64,000 nucleotides of DNA from the IMG/VR virus record IMGVR_UViG_3300044646_003076, one strand, 5' to 3'. Below are positions 30,196 to 38,999 of this stretch, in pieces; positions within the stretch are counted from its first letter, which is position 1; each line of letters opens with the position of its first letter. The notes beneath the pieces are model-generated. The model searched no databases. It saw only the letters and a list, made by a program, of their open reading frames with translations, and was not told where the DNA came from. Made by a program: the position numbers and the translations under genes. The stretch is from a virus.

Positions 30196-30317
30196 ATGAC
30201 CGGATACACCAAAATCACCGAAAAAAATTCTATGAACTTGGTGGTTTCTCAAATCCTCGCTGTGTGAGAGTAACGCGAGGAGGCTGCTGGGCATACTTTT
30301 ATGAAAACTCACTGTAA
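30196..30317 (+). pseudogene. small gene split by 1-nt indel in A7 run (30221-30227)
   Basis: MTGYTKITEK then -1 frame KFYELGGFSNPRCVRVTRGGCWAYFYENSL*. Confidence 0.5.
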
Positions 30318-30348
30318 CGATAATTAATCCACCACGTTTCTTAAATCC

Positions 30349-30567
30349 ATGAAAATCGCAAAAGTCGCTCACGTCACCAAAAATCAGATCTATCAAATTC
30401 CCGGAGAGATTTATGACGAAGAACATCCTGAATTTGATTGTTATATGCCGGAATACACTGGACATTTCTGGATTGTTGATTGTTTGATCTGTGATAAAAA
30501 CGGAAATCTCCATCCCGACATTCAAAAAGGAGTTCCCGTTTACACCGAACACATGAAGCGAATCTGA
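30349..30567 (+). CDS. hypothetical protein
   Basis: tiles operon. Confidence 0.7.
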   Translation: MKIAKVAHVTKNQIYQIPGEIYDEEHPEFDCYMPEYTGHFWIVDCLICDKNGNLHPDIQKGVPVYTEHMKRI

Positions 30568-30580
30568 ATTATTAAAAACA

Positions 30581-30850
30581 ATGGCAATCACTCCTATTCG
30601 CAAGTTCACAAAAGATGATGAGGTAGAACTAAACATCGCTGCCTCAAATTTTATCGCTCGCCATGAAATCCAATTTTCTCCAATAGAGCAAGAAACGATC
30701 AAAGAAGAAAGTTTGTTTCGCATCTTAGAACTACATGTTCAAGATAATCATCAACTTCGGCGCCTCTGGCAAAAATGCTTTTGTAGTGCATTGAAAGTAC
30801 CAAACTGTTATAACATAGCGATTGGATATGGTTATGTTGGATACAATTAA
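30581..30850 (+). CDS. hypothetical protein
   Basis: tiles operon. Confidence 0.7.
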   Translation: MAITPIRKFTKDDEVELNIAASNFIARHEIQFSPIEQETIKEESLFRILELHVQDNHQLRRLWQKCFCSALKVPNCYNIAIGYGYVGYN

Positions 30851-30859
30851 AGATTATTC

Positions 30860-31108
30860 ATGAGCAAAAATTACACCGATTCTCAAATGACAGATCCCTG
30901 GATAGCGGGAGAGGATCATAATTTACCTCAGCCACTGAGAACAGAAGATGGAAGACTAGAACAATTCATGTTTCGGAATTATCAGCTTTCCGGGCAGAGT
31001 TTTTATTGTGAGTGTGGATGTAATGTATTTCATAGGCCCGATCACAAGAATTTAGATTTATATCAATGTAATTGTTGTGAGCGACAATTTGAGGCTTATG
31101 ATGAATAA
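30860..31108 (+). CDS. small zinc-ribbon protein
   Basis: CECGC and CNCC motifs. Confidence 0.7.
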   Translation: MSKNYTDSQMTDPWIAGEDHNLPQPLRTEDGRLEQFMFRNYQLSGQSFYCECGCNVFHRPDHKNLDLYQCNCCERQFEAYDE

Positions 31109-31167
31109 TTCTAGCAATATTCACATTTACACCGAACACATGAAGCGAATCTGAATCATTAAAAACA

Positions 31168-31320
31168 ATGAAACTTAGTAAAGAAGAAAAACTCCAAGAG
31201 ATTAAATCGGCTTTAGAGAGCCTTTCTACTTCATTATGGGAGGATGCAAACACTTATCATAGTGAATGGCTTGATAGAATTTTGGCGGATTTGGAATCTT
31301 TTATTACAGAGGACACCTGA
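31168..31320 (+). CDS. 50-aa helical protein
   Basis: MKLSKEEKLQEIKSALESL...; stop inside class A dyad. Confidence 0.6.
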   Translation: MKLSKEEKLQEIKSALESLSTSLWEDANTYHSEWLDRILADLESFITEDT

Positions 31321-31393
31321 ACAACTGGCACATAAGCGCTACCATTCCGACATAAGAGTGGTTATTATTCTTTTATTCACTGAGGAAGTTCTT

Positions 31394-31903
31394 TTGACTA
31401 ATTCCGATTCCTGGAAAGCTCTAGGTGAGGCCCAGCGAGCGCTTCTGCTGGCCTCAGAGAGAATTCTTTCTCTAGAGGGTCGCAGTTCCGCCTGGCGCGA
31501 TGCCAGGATCGCTTCTGATCGCGCTCGTGATCTTCTGGTGAGCCGTCAACAAACGCCATCGTGCATTGTGGACAAAATTGAAAAAATCGAAAAAGAACAT
31601 GATAAACAAATGACAGAGTTAGCGGATGAATATCGCAAGGAAGTTATTATTCCATTTTGTAAAAAGTACGGACTCTTATATGGTACCGGAATGGGAACAA
31701 TGTCCTTTTTTGTAAGACATCCAGAAATTGATACTGTTGATGAAATTGATTGTGAATTGAATAAGATTCCAGATTTTGTACCCCAAAAGGCTATTCCTGA
31801 ATTGAAAGAGATATACAAGATTCTAAGAACTGATGATATGAATCCTAATCAATGTTTTGGTTATTATGTTGACGATGTGACAGAAGAAGATCTGGCACAA
31901 TAA
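31394..31903 (+). CDS. hypothetical protein
   Basis: TTG start after gagg and class A promoter at 31309; track start 31244 is upstream of the promoter. Confidence 0.65.
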   Translation: MTNSDSWKALGEAQRALLLASERILSLEGRSSAWRDARIASDRARDLLVSRQQTPSCIVDKIEKIEKEHDKQMTELADEYRKEVIIPFCKKYGLLYGTGMGTMSFFVRHPEIDTVDEIDCELNKIPDFVPQKAIPELKEIYKILRTDDMNPNQCFGYYVDDVTEEDLAQ

Positions 31904-31959
31904 GACCAACATAAGAACGGTTACTCTGTTAGACTGAATCCGATCTCAAAAGAAAAATC

Positions 31960-32535
31960 ATGCACCTTTCTGAACTTATCACAAGACTGGACTCTTTTGA
32001 GCATCCATATAACGGATATGATCTACAAGAAAATTTAGGTTATCGTCCCGATTCATTTTTGGATCTTTCCGAGCATGGTTATACTCGTAAGTCAATTTAT
32101 GAATATCTCTATCCTAAACATTATTTTCTCGTGGGCAAATATCTTGTTTTTCACGATAAAACACCAATCGCAATTTTAACATCACCATTTTTGGAAGAAA
32201 AAAGTGGCGTTAAATGGATCAATGGAAGTGTTTATGAATACACAAAGGCGCATATCAATAAACTACACTGTGCCGAACCGGAAAATCCAGAATGGATAGA
32301 TCCCGATGAAGAATGGCCTGAAACTTATGAAGTTCCTAGTATTAAAAATCTAATTGCGGGTGTTCAGACAAAAGCAATTTATCAGGGAAAAGAGTACACA
32401 ATTGATTGGCAAAATAGGAATTTCATATCTCATCGTTCTCAGGAGTTTCCAGATCAAGTAGTTCCATTGAAAGCGATTCCAGTCAATAATTGGATTCCGA
32501 TTTCACAACTTTCATTTCCTATTCAACTCAAATGA
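31960..32535 (+). CDS. hypothetical protein (paralog of the 26121 N-domain)
   Basis: L.E.I.RL...E.PY.G.DLQ..LG, IDxxEEW shared. Confidence 0.75.
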   Translation: MHLSELITRLDSFEHPYNGYDLQENLGYRPDSFLDLSEHGYTRKSIYEYLYPKHYFLVGKYLVFHDKTPIAILTSPFLEEKSGVKWINGSVYEYTKAHINKLHCAEPENPEWIDPDEEWPETYEVPSIKNLIAGVQTKAIYQGKEYTIDWQNRNFISHRSQEFPDQVVPLKAIPVNNWIPISQLSFPIQLK

Positions 32536-32750
32536 TTAACCAGATTCAACTCATGAATTTTATCATCACTAATCCCTATTGGTTTGTGGCAATTTGTACA
32601 TTTATGGCTCTAACTATTAAGTTGATGATATCTCGTAATAGATATCCGTCATGGAGTAATCTTATTGTTGGAATTGTGAATGTATTGCCAAGCCTTTTTT
32701 GGCCATATTATCTTCTTACCATGCTGATTCTCCGTCTTATTGCAAAATAG
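32532..32750 (+). CDS. small membrane protein
   Basis: two hydrophobic segments. Confidence 0.65.
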   Translation: MINQIQLMNFIITNPYWFVAICTFMALTIKLMISRNRYPSWSNLIVGIVNVLPSLFWPYYLLTMLILRLIAK

Positions 32751-32832
32751 TGGCCAAATAATCAAACTGACACAATAACATTCCATCAGACTCCCAGACT
32801 TCTTATTACGTTCTCAGTTCTCCCGACTTCCT

Positions 32833-33120
32833 ATGGCCAAGAAAATTCTTCCTTCCAGGTTCTATAAAGCAGATTTTTCCGGTAGAGTATCTGATATAAA
32901 GAAAGAAAAAAGAATATCTTGGTATATTGAAAATCAATATGGATCTGTTGAAGAAGGAAATTTCGATGTTGTAACAGAAATTAAATATAGAAATGCTAAA
33001 AAGTCCAGATCTATTGCGAGGCATTACGTTAAAAAAGGTAATATCAATAAAGTTACTCTCATCAAAGTTGTTATGAGAGGTGAATGGCAATTCTTCTTTC
33101 CTAAAGTAATTAAGAGTTAA
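32833..33120 (+). CDS. basic hypothetical protein
   Basis: follows class A promoter. Confidence 0.7.
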   Translation: MAKKILPSRFYKADFSGRVSDIKKEKRISWYIENQYGSVEEGNFDVVTEIKYRNAKKSRSIARHYVKKGNINKVTLIKVVMRGEWQFFFPKVIKS

Positions 33121-33182
33121 GAACACTTGGTAAACTGGCACAAAACTGTTTCCGCCAACATGAAAAGTGTTATGATGAATTC

Positions 33183-34361
33183 ATGTCTACAACACGGACT
33201 ACGATCTCTTCTGAATTAAAAATGTCTATTTTTCGCGGTATTGTTGACATTTTTCCTGAAATTCCAACGGACTTTCTGGCTACACCAAAAAAGGATCAAA
33301 TTGGGGTTTGATCCTACATCGGATAGCTTACATTTGGGACATTCTATTCTTTTAAGAAAGCTCTCCGAATTTCAAAATGCTGGCCATAAACCAGTTATTA
33401 TTATTGGTGACTTTACAGCAAGAATTGGTGATCCAACTGGAAAATCAAAGACGCGCAAACAACTGACAAAAGAAGAAGTTGATGATAATGTTGATACATT
33501 TTTCACCACAATTTCTAAGTTTATTGATGTAAATAATGCTGAATTCGTCTTTAATTCCACTCATCTTAATTCACTCACTTTATCTGAAATTATTAGGCTC
33601 CAGTCAACATTTACAGTAAATCAGTTACTAGCAAAACAAGACTTTAGGGACCGATTCAATAAAGAAAACCCTATCGGTCTACATGAAATGATGTACCCGT
33701 TATTGCAAGGTTTTGATAGCTTTGCTGTAAAATCTGACATTGAATTGGGTGGAGTTGATCAAAAATTTAACGTATCTATCGGTAGAGTTATTCAAAAACA
33801 ATTTGATTCCGATAACCAACAAGTGGGAATGTTAATGCCGATTCTCATTGGAACTGATGGAAAAGAAAAAATGTCCAAGAGTCTCAATAATACCATAGGA
33901 ATAGATGAACACCCGCTTAATATGTTCTCAAAACTGGAAAAATTCCAGACAACATTGTAGACGATTTTATTTTACTTTTGACAGACTTAGGCATGACAAA
34001 TCTGCCTGCCAATCCTAGAGAAAAACAAAAGTTGATGGCAGTTGAAGTAGTTTCAACAATTCATGGTGAAGAAGAAGCCAAAAATGCTCTTAAAAATTCA
34101 GAGGCGATTATCGTATCCGGTGAAACAGAAGTTATTGCCGAAGAAGTCGCTTTTGAAGAAATTAAGCTGCCGATTCTACTCGCTAATTTACTTAAAGATA
34201 TAAATTTTACAAAATCAACAAGTGACGCGAGACGTTTGATAACTTCTGGTGCTATTAAAATAGATGGAATAAAAATTACAGACGAAAAACATACTGTTAA
34301 TGAATTTGGTCAACTCTTACAAGTTTCCCGTAAAAGATTTTTCCGTCTTATTGCAAAATAG
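33183..34361 (+). pseudogene. tyrS: tyrosyl-tRNA synthetase in three frames (+1 at A6 33287-33292, -1 at A5 33938-33942); pseudogene, recoding or sequencing error
   Basis: RGIVDIFP, KLGFDPT..HLGH, IIGDFTARIGDPTGKS, YPLLQGFDS, ELGGVDQKFN, KMSKS, C-terminal S4 domain KSTSDARRLITSGAIKIDG. Confidence 0.9.
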
Positions 34362-34451
34362 TGGCCAATAATCAAACTGGCACAGTCCATTGAATAATGG
34401 GTTGCTTATGGTCTATTATTCATTTGTCAACCGTTCACCACATTACAAACC

Positions 34452-34724
34452 ATGGGTGTGTTCATGGCTGAAACTCAAGACGACAATTGTCTTACATGTC
34501 GGTTTGCACAATGGAAACGCAACACATCTGGCCACCGCTTTCATATATCCGGCGATGGCCGCTGCATTTGGGAAGGGTGGCGGGACTGGAGCATTCCGGG
34601 TTCTATGTACCACGCTGGCAGTGTGGACGAGAAGTTAGCTCCCTCGCAGCCTGGTGGGGGTTATATCAACCGCAAGAAGCCCGTCGGCGACTGCCCATGC
34701 TGGGAGGATATTAAGAATGGCTGA
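34452..34724 (+). CDS. Cys-rich hypothetical protein of foreign (high-GC) composition
   Basis: CLTCRF...C...CPCW; about 57-60% GC in lines counted versus 28% in a tyrS line; bounded by class A dyads. Confidence 0.7.
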   Translation: MGVFMAETQDDNCLTCRFAQWKRNTSGHRFHISGDGRCIWEGWRDWSIPGSMYHAGSVDEKLAPSQPGGGYINRKKPVGDCPCWEDIKNG

Positions 34725-34805
34725 TCTCGGCAACTGTTCACCATCTACGCCAGCGGGCTGATGAGCTGTTATTGTTAATTCAATTCTATCCAAAGGAGAA
34801 CTCTC

Positions 34806-35099
34806 ATGTCACTGAAACTTCGCGGTATTTCTTATACCCGTGACTGGAATTATAAGTCAGAATGGCCCACCAGTTTTGATCATGCTCTCAGAGATAGTAT
34901 TGACAAAATTGCAAAAGGAGATTCTTTCCGTGATGTAAGAATTGAGGATAAATTGGAAGCCACACAAAAAGTCATGGCAAATCTTATTGAACATCTTGTT
35001 CGGAAAGATCTTATGGATAATGAGGAATTTCAGACGATTCTTGAACAAAACGATTACCGACCTGAATTCAAACTTGTTGAGGTAGAAGATGAGGATTGA
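34806..35099 (+). CDS. hypothetical protein
   Basis: RBS aaggag. Confidence 0.75.
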   Translation: MSLKLRGISYTRDWNYKSEWPTSFDHALRDSIDKIAKGDSFRDVRIEDKLEATQKVMANLIEHLVRKDLMDNEEFQTILEQNDYRPEFKLVEVEDED

Positions 35100-35239
35100 T
35101 AAAATCACGACAAGACTTCATAAGAAGTAATGATTCTTTGTGGACACTTCAACAACTGGCACAGTCCATTGAATAATGGGTTGCTTATGGTCTATTATTC
35201 ATTTGTCAACCACAGACGCCTTTCATCACTTCGGTAACC

Positions 35240-35494
35240 ATGAAAACCAACAAACAAGAATTTCTGTTTCTGACCGATTATCAGACAGGAGAGCCGATCT
35301 TTTTGGATATATCACAAATTGCGTCTATCCAACAACTTGTGGACCCTAGGCGCACCCGCATTACCATTCTGACAAGCAACCAGCAATTTCTTGTCAGTGA
35401 AGAAGCTCTGGCCGTTGCTCTTGCCAGCGGGCGCGGCTTTTGGGGACCGAAGGATGATTCAGATGTACAAGAAACACTTAAAGAAATGACTTAA
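35240..35494 (+). CDS. small beta-rich protein (FlbD-like pattern)
   Basis: FLTDYQTGEPIFLDISQIASI...FLVSEE; paralogous to C-term of 36803 gene. Confidence 0.65.
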   Translation: MKTNKQEFLFLTDYQTGEPIFLDISQIASIQQLVDPRRTRITILTSNQQFLVSEEALAVALASGRGFWGPKDDSDVQETLKEMT

Positions 35495-35536
35495 ATTAAC
35501 TCCTATTATTGATTTAACAACCTATTCACCAAAATC

Positions 35537-35737
35537 ATGTTTTATGTTCTAGCAACACTCCAAAATCCTTCTCGTGAAGTCTTTGTTCACTGGACGTATC
35601 CCTATACTCCTTGTTTCTATGCTATTGATAATCCACCAAAATCAGTTTCAAGAGAAGAAGCGGAATGGTTGCTAAGCAAATGCCAGGAATGTCATGGATG
35701 GATGTATGACCACAACTTACGAATTGTGCCAGCCTGA
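35537..35737 (+). CDS. hypothetical protein
   Basis: tiles operon. Confidence 0.6.
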   Translation: MFYVLATLQNPSREVFVHWTYPYTPCFYAIDNPPKSVSREEAEWLLSKCQECHGWMYDHNLRIVPA

Positions 35738-35782
35738 GCATACTAATGGACCATTGATTAGTGATGCAATTTTCAATGTCAT

Positions 35783-35812
35783 CCTCCTCTAATACAGGAG
35801 GTTTTTATTGTC
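35783..35812 (+). terminator. rho-independent terminator (family with ttttattgtc tail; also 36595-36629, 37316-37347, 39648-39680, 40227-40259, 44170-44200, 45106-45133, 47911-47943, 48999-49033)
   Basis: cctcct-ctaatac-aggagg + tttttattgtc. Confidence 0.8.
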
Positions 35813-35906
35813 CAAATGTCGGAAGCCGGTTCAAGAAGTGGCACAATAGGCTTTTCATTGTTCCTAGGTTCTGGTTAAACTATTATTGTTCTCAAACAGA
35901 GAAATC

Positions 35907-36587
35907 ATGCTCACTTTCGCTTCTGCTACAGATCTTCTCGGAAACCGCCAATCAAAAAAGCTGGCCAATAATACCTATCTGAGAAAAGAAAATGATTATT
36001 TTGTAGTCCGATTGCATGAAACCGATATTATCACAATCGCTCCTGATGATTCCTGTATTCTTCACAACGAAGGATATTTCACCAAAACAACTAAAGAACG
36101 ACTGAATAGTTATTCTTCCGCGACCATCGTTCAGGAAAAGGGTATTTGGTATGTAAGGGGCATTCCATTTTATGATGGAATGATTATTGATAAAAATGGC
36201 AATCCCGTTAATACAATCAATAATACAGACGAAGTTCAGAAAAAGAAGAAAAGGCTGGATATTATGGTGAAAAAGTTTATTGAAGGTTATTGTGAATGGG
36301 CATTGGAAAATGGTATTGAACGATCTAATGGTGACTGTTGGTTGTGTTTGTTTGGACAAGATAATAACCTAGATCACATTTACAGTCATCTGGAAGAACA
36401 GTATTATTTTGGTTCATTTGTTGATGTTGTTATCAGACAAAGTAATTATAACAATCCTGATTTTATTCGTCAATATACCTCATCTCAATTAAGAACATCT
36501 AAATCTAGTTCTCATCTAAAAAGACTTCTGACAACATATTTTAAAAAAGTCAAACCAAATCTTATGGAATTTGTTACACTGGAATGA
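35907..36587 (+). CDS. hypothetical protein
   Basis: KKLANNTYL, VRLHETDII, GYFTKTTKERLN. Confidence 0.8.
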   Translation: MLTFASATDLLGNRQSKKLANNTYLRKENDYFVVRLHETDIITIAPDDSCILHNEGYFTKTTKERLNSYSSATIVQEKGIWYVRGIPFYDGMIIDKNGNPVNTINNTDEVQKKKKRLDIMVKKFIEGYCEWALENGIERSNGDCWLCLFGQDNNLDHIYSHLEEQYYFGSFVDVVIRQSNYNNPDFIRQYTSSQLRTSKSSSHLKRLLTTYFKKVKPNLMEFVTLE

Positions 36588-36802
36588 AAACCACATCCTC
36601 CTCTAATCCAGGAGGATTTTTTATTGTCCATAAAACTCAAATTTATTAAAAGACTTCCAAACGTAGTACCCATTCCCGAAAATGAAATCATGTAAATTTA
36701 TTAAAGTCTAAAGGACAGTTAAGAAACTGGCACAGTCTATTGGATAATGGATTGCTTATGGCCTATTATTGATTTGTTCATTCACAAACGAGGATTTCTC
36801 TC

Positions 36803-37276
36803 ATGTCCACGATTAAGGTTCAAATTGTTGGTGGTGGTTCTGTTAAGAGTCTTATTGAAGCCGGCCCGGAATCTTGTAATCCCGAATTCGCCAAGAATAA
36901 TCATCTCACCTTTCATGCTTATTCTGATACAATGAAAGCCCGGATTCTTGAACAAATGATTAAATCTCCTGCAAGAATCGGGATTTCGTTTACTGATGAA
37001 CCATATAGGACTGGAGAATGGCATGAACCATTGATTGTTGATGCAATTTTCAATCGTTCACAATCACTCGTTAGACAAGAATTTCTAACCCTGACCGATT
37101 ATCAGACAGGAGAGCCGATCTATTTGGATGTATCACAAATTACGTTCATCCGGCAGATTGGGAGTGGTGATACTTACCCCAGACATACCAGCGTTGGTAC
37201 GCTGTCAAACAATCAGGTATTTCTTGTCAGGGAAGAAGCGGCATGGATCGCCCGGATTATAGCGAAAAAGATGTAA
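36803..37276 (+). CDS. two-domain hypothetical protein; C-term paralog of 35240 gene
   Basis: nucleotide identity 37076-37140 with 35265-35330. Confidence 0.7.
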   Translation: MSTIKVQIVGGGSVKSLIEAGPESCNPEFAKNNHLTFHAYSDTMKARILEQMIKSPARIGISFTDEPYRTGEWHEPLIVDAIFNRSQSLVRQEFLTLTDYQTGEPIYLDVSQITFIRQIGSGDTYPRHTSVGTLSNNQVFLVREEAAWIARIIAKKM

Positions 37277-37360
37277 AAACGAACCATCGATTGCTGATAC
37301 AAATTTCAATGTCATCCTCCTCTAATCCAGGGGGTTTTTTATTGTCTAAAAATGTAAAAA

Positions 37361-37867
37361 TCACCCATTCTCCATCTGATAAAGAATCTTTCTTAGACCA
37401 CGAGTGTTAATATAATTTTCCATGGCCTCTTTTAGAAATTGATTCAAAAACTCTGTAGAAGTAGGAACAGAATAACCTTTCAGTTTAACCGCCTTGTAGA
37501 GCATTTTAAAATCTTTTATTATCTTTTTGTCCAACAATAAGATTTCGTCTTTTTTAGCTTTCTCCCATGTAACATTATTAACAGAACAATCCATTCTGTC
37601 TTTACTTTTATACTTGATTCTTTTTGAATTAGAAATGTTGGGGAGAAATGCTTTTGCAACTAAGTTACCTACAAGAATACATCTTCTACGGTGAGTTTTA
37701 TCATAAATCCAGACAGCCTTATTTGTCTTTACTCTTCCATCTTTTAGTTTAATGAGAGTGTTATTTCTTTTCATTGACCATATTTCGCCAGAGTCAGAGA
37801 CGAAATACCCCTCAAAGTCCTCGTAACCGGAAATGCTATTTATTGCCGTCAAATTGGTTGGTATCAC
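37361..37867 (-). CDS. NUMOD4/HNH-derived protein, probably nuclease-dead
   Basis: FEGYFVSDSGEIWS N-term, LVAKAFLPN, DCSVNNVTW lacking the catalytic His; late promoter upstream. Confidence 0.6.
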   Translation of the reverse strand: MIPTNLTAINSISGYEDFEGYFVSDSGEIWSMKRNNTLIKLKDGRVKTNKAVWIYDKTHRRRCILVGNLVAKAFLPNISNSKRIKYKSKDRMDCSVNNVTWEKAKKDEILLLDKKIIKDFKMLYKAVKLKGYSVPTSTEFLNQFLKEAMENYINTRGLRKILYQMENG

Positions 37868-37891
37868 TGGGCTTATTTGGACAGAGATAAT

Positions 37892-37898
37892 TATTTAA
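37892..37898 (-). promoter_or_regulatory. T4-type late promoter (TTAAATA)
   Basis: 25 nt upstream of minus-strand ORF start. Confidence 0.5.
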
Positions 37899-37944
37899 GC
37901 ATTCTGTATGAAAGTTAGTATTTTTAAGAGTTTTCTTGTCATAG

Positions 37945-38345
37945 TATAGGAATTGTGAATTGATAATGATTGTTATTGGTTAATAATTCGTATTGTTTAA
38001 TTATTGATAATATTTCGTATCGTTTATCGTTTGTTATTGTTATTCGTATTGTTTATTGTGTTTAAGACCCTTATTGATAAGAATTCGTATTGTTTATTGT
38101 TTATTATTGTAATTCGTATCATTTATTGTGTTTGATCTGGTTATTGTTGTTATTGTGTTTGAGACCCTTATTGATAATAATTCGTATCGTTTATTGTGTT
38201 TGATCTGGTTATTGTTGTTATTGTGTTTGAGACCCTTATTATTCTTAGTAATCTCGGGCTTCCTGTGATAACAACAGCAACCACCAATAACAACAGCAAC
38301 CACCAATAACAACAGCAACCACCAATAACCACAGCAAAAGAATAA
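37945..38345. repeat. strand-skewed repeat region: 6x TTCGTAT(T/C)(G/A)TTTA, 62-bp direct repeat (38111/38179), 3x 19-bp tandem ATAACAACAGCAACCACCA
   Basis: direct inspection; TG-rich left arm, AC-rich right arm. Confidence 0.9.
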
Positions 38346-38402
38346 CAAACTTATTGATAATCATTCTCAATAATACCATAAGAGATCCTAATACCCCAAC
38401 TC

Positions 38403-38431
38403 TTGACAACGATACTCCAACCGTCTATATT
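38403..38431 (+). promoter_or_regulatory. sigma70-type early promoter
   Basis: TTGACA-17-TATATT. Confidence 0.8.
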
Positions 38432-38456
38432 ACTTCTATACCCCAGAGGTTCTCCG

Positions 38457-38999
38457 ATGCCCACCACCAAAACAATCACTCTGTATAAGTTTGATGAGTT
38501 GAGCGAAGAAGCCCAGAATAATGCAATCTCCAAACTGTACAGTATAAATGTAGACCACGATTGGTGGGATCACATTTATGAAGATGCCAAAACTATCGGT
38601 CTTAAGATTGAAGAGTTTAATCTTGATCGTAAGAAAATCACCGGCACACTAAATGAATATCTGCTTGATTGTTGTCGTTCAATCCGACATAATCACGGTA
38701 AAGAATGCGAAACATTTAAGACTGCTCAACAATATCTACAAGAATATATTCAGCTATTTGTTAAATGGAAAGAAAATGATACCGAAGAAGACGTTTTTTG
38801 GAAACCCACTGATTGGTTATATGAATTCAAATATACTGACGAAGCCGATGAGATTACAAATGAATTCAGGAAAGCTCTACTCCAAGATTATCTTATCATG
38901 TTGGATAAAGAATATGAGTATTTGACTAGCGAAGAAGAAATTAAACAAGCAATAGAAGCTAATGAATATCTCTTCCATGAGGACGGAACACTGGAATAA
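38457..38999 (+). CDS. hypothetical protein (T.TLYKFDELSEEAQ...W family)
   Basis: start MPTTKT after gagg; ends NEYLFHEDG. Confidence 0.8.
   Translation: MPTTKTITLYKFDELSEEAQNNAISKLYSINVDHDWWDHIYEDAKTIGLKIEEFNLDRKKITGTLNEYLLDCCRSIRHNHGKECETFKTAQQYLQEYIQLFVKWKENDTEEDVFWKPTDWLYEFKYTDEADEITNEFRKALLQDYLIMLDKEYEYLTSEEEIKQAIEANEYLFHEDGTLE

Noticed and set aside
37361-37867. Active HNH homing endonuclease or intron
   Set aside because: Catalytic His not evident and it does not interrupt a gene.
37945-38345. CRISPR array or coding sequence (ORF 38094-38348 minus)
   Set aside because: Tandem low-complexity repeats without unique spacers; the ORF is a by-product of the repeats.
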